Part shown: positions 1-8,929 of the stretch, piece by piece
How positions within the stretch are numbered: the stretch's first letter is position 1
Layout: the number at the start of each line of letters is the position of its first letter
NCBI GenBank assembly: GCA_963575745.1
Contig: CAUYUJ010000318.1
Span: 62,001 to 115,414, forward strand
Reading direction: 5' to 3'
Source of the DNA: Prorocentrum cordatum
Lineage: Eukaryota
DNA: 53,414 bases
The notes under the pieces: generated by a model
Seen by the model: only the letters and a program-made list of their open reading frames with translations
Database searches by the model: none
What the model was told of the DNA's origin: nothing
Made by a program: the position numbers and the translations under genes

Positions 1-309
1 TTCTGCGCCAGACCGGCAGTAGCCTCAGGGCTGTTGCACCGACTTGACGAAGAAGTAGAAAAAATACCTGGCAGGCGCCGCGGCGACAGTAATAGACAGA
101 GCTTCGGCGAAGTGGAGCTGAAATGAGTAGGGCGCTGGCCACGTGTAGCACGCGGTCAGACTAAGTACCTCAGTATACCTTCCCCCGACCACCCCTCCCC
201 CGACTCCCCACCCACCTATCCGAATATTCAGGTGCCGCTCACCCTCGACTCCCACCGCGATCGACCTCTGCGCGGGGCAACGTCGCGACCGAATAAAAAA
301 AAAGAGTAA

Positions 310-1350
310 GTAAGGCTTCGGGCTGCGCTCAGATGGCCCCCCCGCGTGGACCCAGCTGGCCTCAGCAGGCGCCCTAGGATCGGGCCGGACGAAAGGGGGG
401 GATTGGGAAAGGGGGGGGTACGAAATGTGCTGCATGCAGCTGGTCTCGGCCCCGCCGAGGGTCCCATTCCTCGATACATGGCCGCCTCCGGCGCCGGGAG
501 GCGCCGGGAAAATCAGCGAATGTGAGCTGATTCTCCAGGCCCCCTTTGCTGTCCCCCCCTTTCGCCCGACCCGACAGGCAGCCCCGGCCAGTCCCAGCAG
601 GCCTCCCCGAGCGAGAGGTCCCTCGGCGGTCCCTGGCGCCCCGGCGGCGCCTCCGGCGGGTGCCTCGCGAGGGCTCCGCGCCCCGGGGCCCGAGCCGCGG
701 CGAGGGCCCCGGGGGCCTGGGGCGAGCGCACGAAGCTCTGCGCGAGATTGCCGCCGTGGTGTCTCGGGTCGGGCGAGAGGGGGGGGGGGTTGGGCAAGGG
801 GGGGTACGAGGTCTGCTGCACGTAGCTGGTCTCGGCCCCACCGCGGGGCCCGCTCTTCGATGCATGGCCGCCTCCGGCGCCGGGAGGCGCCGGGAAAGTC
901 AGCTACGAGTGAGCTGATTCTCACCCCCCCCTTTGCTATCCCCCCCTTTCGCCTGACCCGAGTGTCTTGTTTCGCGACGCGGGCATGGCTGGGGTTGCTC
1001 CCCGCTTCGCGAGGCGTGCCGGACGCGTGGCCGTTCCTCGTGCTCCCAGGGTCTGAGCGACTTCTCTCCACCTGAGTTGCGGAGAGCAGGCCAGACACAG
1101 AGAGGGACGTCCAGGTAAACCGACGTAGCTCCAGATGCATCGAGGCAGATCCAAAGACCTCCAGGGAGGTCCAAAGACCTCCACAAATCGGGGACGCTCC
1201 AGCGCGAGTCGAGGGACAGCCGACGTCGCTTCGCCCCGAGCGAGCGTGGTCGCGTGGCGCCCCGCGGGTAGGTCGGCGAGCAGAGCGGGCGGCTGGTGGA
1301 GGAGCTGCTCGGCGTGTCCATCTGGAGCTGCTCCGGGGGCGGGGGGGCCT
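310..1350 (-). CDS. Putative multi-exon gene fragment, low-complexity protein of unknown function, interrupted by TIR elements at 1071-1196, 764-961 and 380-574
   Basis: Removing the three TIR elements joins minus-strand segments into a stop-free frame (...KRRRLSLDSRWREVAQTLGARG...ASRNKTPRRQSRAELRALAP...GGLLGLAGAA...). No recognisable domain; frame and ends are ambiguous because GC-rich DNA is often open in several frames. Confidence 0.35.
380..574. mobile_element. MITE/introner-like family A, copy 1 (~195 bp)
   Basis: Starts TCGGGCCGGACGAAAGGGGGG and ends CCCCCCTTTCGCCCGACCCGA (TIR); closely similar to 764-961 and 7263-7457; flanks TAGGA/CAGGC look like a decayed 5-bp TSD. Confidence 0.85.
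764..961. mobile_element. MITE/introner-like family A, copy 2
   Basis: TIR TCGGGTCGGGCGA...TCGCCTGACCCGA; perfect 5-bp TSD GTGTC at 759-763 and 962-966. Confidence 0.9.
1071..1196. mobile_element. Short TIR element / probable minus-strand intron
   Basis: CCTGAGTTGCGGAG (1071-1084) pairs imperfectly with CTCCACAAATCGGG (1179-1192); direct repeat CTCCA at 1066-1070 and 1197-1201. Confidence 0.55.
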
Positions 1351-1746
1351 CCGGTGCGGAGGTCCGGGCCCCTCCCCTTCTCGTCCCCTCTCCTCGCTCC
1401 CTGCATCCTTCCTCCCTCCCTCCCTCCCTTCTCGGCCTTCCCTCAGAGCGTGAATTACCTACCCCGCTTTCGCTTCCAGGCAAAACCAAGCCATACCACG
1501 CGCCCCCTCGTCAAGCAGCCTGACCAGTACAGGCTTCAATTTGGCATCGTTTGGTATCTCTTGGAAGCGAGGGTGGTCAAAAGCGAGGTAGGTTTGTTTT
1601 CCCCCTATTCCCTCCTCGGCCTTTCCTCCTCGGCCTCCCTCCTCGGGCTTCCGGTGCGGAGGTCCGGGCCCCTCCCCTTCTCGTCCCCTCTCCTCGCTCC
1701 CTGCATCCTCCCTCCCTCCCTCCCTCCCTCCCTCCCCCCTCGGCCT
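1351..1746. repeat. ~90-bp direct repeat pair at a 300-bp offset, enclosing an imperfect inverted repeat
   Basis: CCGGTGCGGAGGTCCGGGCCCCTCCCCTTCTCGTCCCCTCTCCTCGCTCCCTGCATCCT begins at both 1351 and 1651; ACCTACCCCGCTTT (~1456) pairs with AAAGCGAGGTAGGT (~1580). Confidence 0.75.
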
Positions 1747-1984
1747 GCCCTCCCGCCTCCTCCCGCCTCCTCCGTCCTCCCCCTCCTCGCCCCTCCTCGT
1801 GCCGTCTTCCTCCCTTGGTATGGAAGAGAGCCCATTTCCAGAGTCTGGCAGGCCACTGTGGCCTTTTTTCCAGCGCCTCGCCTCACAGCATCGGGCCGGG
1901 CACACCAGAGAGCGTCTGTTGTGTGCTGATTGGGAGGCCCCCTCGCCCACTTCGTGGTGCCCGCCGCCCGACGGAGAGGGCAGG

Positions 1985-2900
1985 GAAGGAGGTTGGTCTC
2001 TTCAAGATGCTGATTTGTCTGCGCCTGAGCAGTCTCGGGAGGTGATCGATGCCTCTTGTGCCATCATTCGCCTGCAGCAATGGCGGGGGGCGGCACGAGG
2101 TTTCTGTGGCAGCGGCATGGAAGAAGGCATCGGAAATGCTTGTCTCAGGAGGTACTTGTTCCAGCTTGAGCAGATCTCCGAGACAGGAAGGCAGCCTTCA
2201 GAACTCCTGTTGACCAGTTCTGTCGGGGGCGCTTGGCTTGCGACTGGCAAGGCCGAGGCTGGCATCAGCGTCTCCCCCGAATGTCAAAGGTACAAGCGTG
2301 GCCACCCCGAGACCCCCAAGCACAGGTTTTGGGGAGTGCCCGTGCAATGCTGATGCACCAGCTTGCTCGGCCTCAGAAGGCCTGGCGCGCCGTGCCCTCA
2401 CTCGTGGGGGTTGGCCTCGAATGTTTTTGGATGACAGGGCCCATCTATCAGGACACGACTGAGGTCGACCCCCTTACCGCCCAGGAGTCACGGACTTTCA
2501 GCCACCGTTCAGCTCGGGCTCAGCTCGAGACCCGAGAGCCCCTCACTGTGCACGGCGACGCCTCAGGAAGGTGTGACACGCACGCGAGCCCAGGCCGAAG
2601 AGAGTGGGAGTGGCCATCGCTGCGGTCAGCCCTGCTTCTACGCCGTCCTCTCGTTGTTGTACGGTCTGCCCCCTTGGGTGCAGCAGATTGTGCCCAGGGG
2701 CAACTTATTGTTGCTGCTGCTCCCGTCCCTCCTCGTCGTCCTCCTGCGGCTGTGGCAGTTTGTAACATTTGGCAAGAGATGTCAGGTTGGCGGAGAGGTC
2801 GCGTTGCCTGAAGTCCACGTGTTGTGCCGTCGCGAAGTAGTCTGGACCACTTTGAGACAAGCTTCGGGGAAGCGCTTACATCTCGCTGCGGGATAGGTCC
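1985..2900 (+). pseudogene. Degenerate non-LTR (LINE) retrotransposon fragment: zinc knuckle plus RNase H
   Basis: Frameshifted peptides QWRGAARGFCGSGMEEG, CQRYKRGHPETPKHRFW/ECPCN, CFWMTG, LTVHGDASG and QQIVPRGNL follow the CxxC...HRxWxC knuckle and RNase H (GDAS...QTVPRxEL) order of RNase-H-bearing LINE ORF2. Confidence 0.6.
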
Positions 2901-3737
2901 GCGAATCGCACAGCCTAGGAACGGAGCCCTCCGCGCACTGACGTTTCGAGCTTTTCGCTCCCGCGGCATGCTCCAAGAGGGGGGCGTTGCGGACCAACGC
3001 GCTGGCTCGAGTCGAGGTGCGGACGCCTGCGAGTGCGGCGTCCCGTTCTGCGGGCGGTCCGCGCGCGGGGCACGAGCCGATCGCATGTGAGCCGGCTGCG
3101 GGCCGCTGGCGCGTTCAGAGGCGCGCGTCCCGCAGATGTGGGCAAGCCCGTTGCAGCTGCCCCGACCCTCGAAATCGGGTGCACCTGTGGGCGGGCCACA
3201 GCCCCTTCCTGTCAAGTATATCGTGGGGCCATCGTCGGTGGCGGGGTGTATCGCACGGTCGAGGCCCCCCGTCCTTCATCCTGTCCCCGTCCCCCGCCGC
3301 CCGCAGACATCCTGCGATATGAGCTGTACCAGCCGCGGCCGAACGTTGAGGCCAGACCTGCCAAGCTATCGGATCATGTGTTGCCCGAGTCGGTTTGGAA
3401 AGCCTTCGGGGAACACGTGGGCATCTTGAAGGTCATCTTGGCCGCCTGGAGGCCATTCTGACCCTTTCGGGCCTTCTTGGAGGACGTCTTGGAGGGCTCT
3501 TGGGCCGTCTTGGAGGCCATCTTGAGCGTCTTGGAGGCCTCTTCGGCAGCCTGAGAGGCCCCGACCGCCTCCCCCGGGGGTGTGAGGTCGTCGTCCCCGA
3601 TCCGTGCTTGATGGCCCCGGGGCCCGAGGACGGGCCCGGAGAGGCCGAGGTCGAGGAGAGGCACGCGGACGGCGACGGGCACCTCGTCGGCTGCCTGGAC
3701 CTGCCTGCTGCTCCGCCGCCGCCCTTCTCCTCGGCTC

Positions 3738-3754
3738 AGCCATTTTGGCCCAGG
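3738..3754 (+). promoter_or_regulatory. Relic dinoflagellate spliced leader / probable trans-splice acceptor of the ZIP gene
   Basis: AG-CCATTTTGGCCCAGG versus SL 3' part AG-CCATTTTGGCTCAAG (15/17 identical), 83 bp upstream of the ATG and preceded by a pyrimidine-rich tract. Confidence 0.8.
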
Positions 3755-3837
3755 GCACGACCCGAGCTCTGCCCGGCAGCCCCCGCTGCCGCCGGCCGAG
3801 AGAGCGTTCCTCCCCAGCGGGTCCGCCAGCCCGCGAC

Positions 3838-6800
3838 ATGGAGGCGGTGCTGTTCCTGAGCACGCTCTTCCTGTTCCTGCTGTCGCTCGGGGGCGGCCTC
3901 TCCTCGAAGCTCGTGTCCAGCCTTGGAGCCGGCTGGGGGGGCTGTGGTGGCCCAGCAGTTGGCCCGGGCCAGCAGAGAGGGGGGCAGAACGGTCAAGCAG
4001 TGGTGAAGCGTCCTGAGCTGCCTATGGGCGCAGTCAAGCACTGTCACAGCTGATGCGCGTTATCATGAGAAGTGGTTTGGTCGAGCTTGTATATATCCAT
4101 CGTTTTTATCATACGAGCGCTGTTAGTGTGATTCGAACTTAGTGTTTTTCTCAGAGGTTGTGGTGGTAGGCAGGCCTACACGAATACCAGGACGGTCGGT
4201 TCTTGCTCCGAAAGGGGCCCCCTCATGGACACGGCTGGACGCGGCTCGAAAACCTCATAAGTTTCGATCCACAGGAGGGGTCACGGGACCGATTTTGAAC
4301 CCTATTGGCCGTTTTCTCTGGGTTGATCCAGTTTGGATTCGGCGTCACCCCAACATACACTGATACTATGTGTGCGTCGCCCCCCTCCCAGGGGCGATGC
4401 GCGCGCCGACAAATCTTATAGTAGAAGCTCCGTTGTGGGCGTTTTCTGGCCGTACCGCTCGGGAAACTATGTACTAAATGTCCAGGTCGGACGTGAATAT
4501 CCGAGCGGGACACGCGTAGCTCGAGTAATTATGTCCTTCTGCGTCCCACGGATCCCCCAGCCGCCTCCAAGTCCAGCTTGTCGCCCAAGTGGATGGACCT
4601 GGCGAACGCGGTCGCGGGGGGCGTCGTCGTGTCGGTTGCCTTGGTGCACATTCGGCGGCGAGCGAGGGGGGGAAGTGAGAAGGAGAAGGCCTTCTCAGAG
4701 GGCGGCGGGACCTCTCAGAAGCCCTCGCGTCTTCTGAGAAGTTCTCTATTTCGGGGGGGGCTTGGAGGACGTTTCAAGAGGCCAGGGGACTTCCGAGCCT
4801 CCTGAGAAGGCCCGCCCCTTCTCACTTCCCCCCTGGGATCGCCGCCGACACATGCTGGGCGAGGCCTCGGAGGGGCTGGACGACTGGAGCCTGTCTCTCG
4901 GGGCCCTCTTCGCCGGCGGCGGCGAGGGGGAGCCTGCGGGCAACGAGACGGCCCCGGCGGACCCGGCCAGGAGGTTGCACGGAGACGAGGAGCCGCCGAT
5001 GTTGCCGCTCGGCAACATTCGAGAGGAGCAGACAACGGCACCGCTACTCGTCAGATCACCCCAGCCCAACCCGAAGGGCCCAAGTTGCCCTCCATTCCCA
5101 AGGGTGGGGGGGGAAGCCCGGAGCACCGAAGACCACGGATGGGGCCCGCACGCCCCCCCAACCTGAGATTGGGGATGTTTCGCGTCGGGTTGGTGTGGTC
5201 TGGTGGGTTTACCAGCCTCGAATTTATCCCTATCCCTCAGATTGACACGCCGAAAGGCGATGACAATCTTAGGGATGCGCCCTCAAAAAATAAGGGAATC
5301 CCTAAGAGTGGCATCGTGATGAGGAGATGCCCAGCATAGGGATAGGGGTATGTTCCGGGCTGGTAGTTGGTAGTCAAACGTGAGCCTTCGACGGGCCGCA
5401 CGTAGTCTCCTGGATTCACGCCGGGGCATCCCTGGCGGCGGCGCTGGAGGCAAAGCCAAGGGGAGGGTTCCAGCGCCGATCTCTTGGGAGTCCACACGGG
5501 CATCCGAAAGTGTATTACGCAGGCCTAGAGGTTGACACCAACACCAAGATCGGCGGTGTTCCTCCACCGAGGGAGTGGGGACCCCGATCTCGGTGATGGT
5601 GGTAATATTCTGGCTTCCAAGGTGACCGAAATATTACCACCAACACCGAAGTCGAGGGTCATCTCCCCCCTGTGGAGGCAGCCCCCTGTCTTGGTGTTGG
5701 TGCCCATTTCCAGGCCTCCAATGTATGCTCATTCCGTTTTCCGTTCCTCTCAGCATGCTTTTGTTCGCGGGCTTCTTTCTGATCCTGTTCGTGGAGCAGT
5801 TCTTCGGCGGCCACGCGCACGCGGTGAACCGGGAGCCCGACGCGGGGGGCGCGTGCGCGAGTGGCGAATACGCGTCGTCCGACGACGAGTCCGACTCCGA
5901 CGAGGCCAGCGGCGGCCCGAAGAGGGACAAGGTCGAGGTGGTGCATAGGAGCGAGGTGGTCACCGCCTGGATCGAAGAAGGAACACCAGCTTTTGAGCAT
6001 ACTCGTCCAGAGCTCCGCGCGGATTTCTGCGGTCTGCGCTGGAAGCCCCCCCCGGGCGGGTTGCGCGCGCCAGGGAGGGGGGGGGGGCTCAGCGTGGTTC
6101 CAAGAATCCCGCGCGGAGCTCCAAACGTGTATGCTCATGCAGTTTTCCCCCCTTCGACCCTAGCGTCCTGTCTGGGATATTCCTGCACTCCTTCCTGGAG
6201 GGCATCCTGGAGGAGGGCCAGCTGAGACAGCGGCGACTCTCCCGCCCGGCCCGAGTCCGATCGAGCTCCATCCCCAGGCGCCCCCGGGGTCCACCCGGAC
6301 CCTTGTCTCGAGGCGGACCCGGCCGTGGCGACGAGAAGCCCCCGGGAGGTGCCAGGGAGGGCCGCCGACCGGCCCGGCCCTCCTCCGGGCATCGCCGCGG
6401 GCGTGGCCGCGTCGCTGGTCATCCTCGGCGCGATCATGGTCCACAAGTTTTTCGCCGCCTTCGCGGTCGGCAGCGCGCTGCTTCCCGCGGTCGAGCCCAG
6501 GTGGTGGTGGATCGGCAACGTCCTCTTCTCGAGGGAGCAAACGGCGTGGGCGTGGCCTGTCGGAGCTCTCCAGCTATCCAAAGTGTTGAACAAAAACAGG
6601 ACGGAGGTCTTTCGCTGTGTTCGGCCTCTGGGGGCTCTTCGCGGGCCCCAGGGCCACCGAAAAACGGCCTGGGGCGGAACACCGGCCCTGGGGAACGGGT
6701 CGGGACATCGGGGACCCTGCATTGAAGAGTTCAAGAGGTCGGATGACTGAGCTGGGTCGGCGCTGGACCCTTCTCCCCGGCGCGCGGAGCCCAGGGGGCC

Positions 6801-7226
6801 CATCGCGGATCCGAGAACACCGCGTGGAGTTCCGAACGTCTTTGCCTGTTCTGGCTGCGTGGATCCCTCGACCTTCGCTCTCAGCGGCACGGTCGGCATC
6901 TTCCTCGGGGAGGGCCTCGCGGAGGCGCTGGAGGGCCCGGCCACGGACGCGCTCATCTGCCTCGCAGCCGGCTCGCTGCTCTGCGTCGGGGTCACCGACA
7001 TGATCATGCCGGGGATCTCGGGCGGCGGGCAGTGGGGCAAGCTAGGGGGCCACATGCGAACCCTACCCCTACCCCACACGATTTCTGAGGCGAAGTGAAC
7101 CCCACCCTCCCCTTCAGAAATCGTGGGGGGTAGGGGTAGGGTTCGCATGTGGCCCCCTACAAGCGGAAGGTGATCGCATCTTTTCTGGCGGCCCTGATCG
7201 TGGCCTTCGCCGGGCTGTGGGCGTAA
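3838..7226 (+). CDS. ZIP (ZRT/IRT-like, SLC39) zinc/iron transporter, 313 aa, 8 exons
   Basis: Join 3838-3921, 4578-4651, 4854-5018, 5757-5969, 6164-6206, 6394-6528, 6877-7042, 7165-7226 (942 nt, no internal stop). Protein: MEAVLFLSTLFLFLLSLGGG...AVAGGVVVSVALVHMLGEA...LPLGNMLLFAGFFLILFVEQF...GIFLHSFLEGIAAG...AIMVHKFFAAFAVG...LFALSGTVGIFLG...LAAGSLLCVGVTDMIMP...RKVIASFLAALIVAFAGLWA*. Contains the TM4 HSxxEG and TM5 AIxxHK metal-site motifs, an acidic/His loop after TM3 and a terminal WA. Confidence 0.9.
3922..4571. mobile_element. ZIP intervening element 1 (650 bp, TIR + 6-bp direct repeat)
   Basis: CTTGGAGCCGGCTGGGGG pairs with CCCCCAGCCGCCTCCAAG; TCCAGC at 3916-3921 and 4572-4577. Confidence 0.85.
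4652..4848. mobile_element. ZIP intervening element 2 (197 bp, long TIR + 5-bp TSD)
   Basis: TCGGCGGCGA...GGGGGAAGTGAGAAG pairs with CTTCTCACTTCCCCC...TCGCCGCCGA; CACAT at 4647-4651 and 4849-4853; inverted homolog at 34595-34997. Confidence 0.9.
5019..5751. mobile_element. ZIP intervening element 3 (733 bp, TIR, with nested hairpins)
   Basis: GAGAGGAGCAGACAACGG pairs with CCGTTTTCCGTTCCTCTC (15/18); flanks AACAT (5014-5018) and AGCAT (5752-5756). Confidence 0.8.
5521..5717. mobile_element. Fold-back element nested inside ZIP element 3
   Basis: CACCAACACCAAGA / TCTTGGTGTTGGTG and inner TGGTGGTAATATT / AATATTACCACCA arms; AGGCCT at both ends. Confidence 0.75.
5970..6163 (+). mobile_element. 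ZIP intervening element 4 (194 bp), GA...AG intron with long TIR
   Basis: GATCGAAG...TGAGCATACTCGTCCAGAGCTCCGCGCGG pairs with CCGCGCGGAGCTCCAAACGTGTATGCTCA...CTTCGACC; splicing TG|GA...AG|C restores VVTACVLSGIFLHS. The direct repeat is too decayed to define. Confidence 0.8.
6207..6388. mobile_element. ZIP intervening element 5 (182 bp, TIR + 5-bp TSD)
   Basis: CTGGAGGAGGGCC pairs with GGCCCTCCTCCGG; GCATC at 6202-6206 and 6389-6393. Confidence 0.85.
6529..6871. mobile_element. ZIP intervening element 6 (343 bp, TIR + 5-bp TSD with one mismatch)
   Basis: TCGAGGGA pairs with TCCCTCGA; TCTTC (6524-6528) and CCTTC (6872-6876). Confidence 0.8.
7043..7159. mobile_element. ZIP intervening element 7 (117 bp, near-perfect hairpin + 5-bp TSD)
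   Basis: TAGGGGGCCACATGCGAACCCTACCCCTACCCC...CACGATTTCTGA pairs with TCAGAAATCGTG...GGGGTAGGGGTAGGGTTCGCATGTGGCCCCCTA; CAAGC at 7038-7042 and 7160-7164. Confidence 0.95.
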
Positions 7227-7262
7227 TCAGCTGTCCACGCGAGCGCGCGGGGGAGCTATACA

Positions 7263-7457
7263 TCGGGCCGGACGAAGGGGGGGGATTGGGAAAGGGGGGG
7301 TTACGAATTCTGCTGCATGCAGCTGGTTTCGGCCCCACCGAGGGGCCCATCCCTCGATACATGGGCGCCTCCGGCGCCAGGAGGCGCCGGTAAAATCAGC
7401 TACGTGAGCTGATTCTCAACCCCCCCCTTTGCTGTCCCCCCCTTTCGCCCGGCCCGA
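7263..7457. mobile_element. MITE/introner-like family A, copy 3 (probable ZIP 3' UTR)
   Basis: TCGGGCCGGACGAAGGGGG...CCCTTTCGCCCGGCCCGA; TSD ATACA/ATATA; 36 bp after the ZIP stop. Confidence 0.9.
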
Positions 7458-8149
7458 ATATAGCAGAGGTGGTCATCCCCACCGACTTTCTTCTGCTCCG
7501 TCAGATGCGTCACGCTTCGCGTACCCCGCCAGCCCAGCCAGACACAGTTTCCAGACCAGTTGTCGGGGGAAGGTGGGTCGATCCGCATACTTGTAGTGGA
7601 GCGAGCAGGCCAACAACGGTAAGGGTTTAGAGACCTGCGGCAGCTCATGGAGCCATCTCGGACCTGCACTTGGGGGCCCTTTTCGGCCTTTTCAGTCCCT
7701 CCTGAGGCCCTCTTGGGGGTCCTGGGGGCCCTCTGGGGCCCCGCCTCGTGGCCGTCTCGTGCACTGGGTGGGTCCAGCGAAAATTCGCCACGTCTTGGCC
7801 CGTGGCCGCCTCGTGGCCGCCTCGTGCGCTGGGTGGGGCCCGTCGAGGTTTCGCCACGGTGCCGCCCTTGGCCGCCGTTCGCTTGCACCACGTATACTGC
7901 ACGACATAGCTTGCTCCTCTGAGCTTACACATCCACAATGCAATGAGGTAATAACTTCCTATTTCGGGTCCACGCTGGGCAACATTCTTTTTTCCATATA
8001 TCAGTGATGTCATCAGGGAGGCCCCTGTGCCATCGCTCCCATCCGGGTTTGTCCGAACTTCGGGGATTTCAGCGATGGCGCCGCCGTCGCCGTCCCACTC
8101 ATATTCCTTGTCCTCCTCCCCGTCATTCCCCTCGAAATCTTCAATGTCA

Positions 8150-8800
8150 AAGTCCTGCTCAACCGCAGCAGGCAGCACATCTCAGTTCAGCTCTGGTGTT
8201 CCCCAGGCTATCCATATCGCGGGTCGAGGTGCCTCGCACCCCGCACAACAACCTCGCTCCCCGCACTTCCATAACTAAGTCGTGGCCAGCTGATGGTACA
8301 TACTGGCGCTGCATCGTCTTCGTCCTTCTGCACATACTCGCCTGCATCGCCAGACCGTCCTTCCACGCAGCGTCCCCAATACGTCCGTTCAGAGCTTTAC
8401 CATGGCCTTCAGCAGCTTGGTCCGTCGTCCACCTCGACTACTACTAGCAAGAGCGAGACGACGACGTGCCCTTCGCCGCGGTCGTGCACGTGCCCGTGGC
8501 CCCCACAGCGACGGGAGCCAAAGGACAATACCATAGAACCCATTCGAACGAGAACAGCATGATAAACAATAGCGACATCAAAGTGATCGACGGTGGGAAC
8601 TCAGGCCCACAGTCTCAGCTCGAGGGCCCCGTCGTGCGGACACCAGCGGAGGAGCATTCGCGACAGTCGGCATGGGTTCCTCAGGAGGTGTTGCACCAGC
8701 CCCGGCCCGCGAGTACGCCGCTGCAGCCACGCTTCCTCCCCTTCCTTGAGGAAAGTGGCTCCAACGCGAAAGCCATGGCGTAGCGCGTGGCATGGACCAC
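8150..8800 (-). pseudogene. Possible degenerate LINE RNase H / C-terminal relic
   Basis: Minus-strand peptides GGSVAAAAYSRAG...GPRAET and GHDLVMEVRGARLLCGV weakly resemble the RNase H and downstream Cys/His region of the LINE at 43.5-48.5 kb. Confidence 0.3.
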
Positions 8801-8929
8801 GCGTACAACTTACCGCGGACGAATCTTAAGATTCCAGGCAGGTCGAAGCTAAAATGATAGTTTTCCCACAGTCACATCCGCCAATTCTACTTACGCCTGA
8901 CTCACCTCCAGCAGACAGACGGGTGTTCC

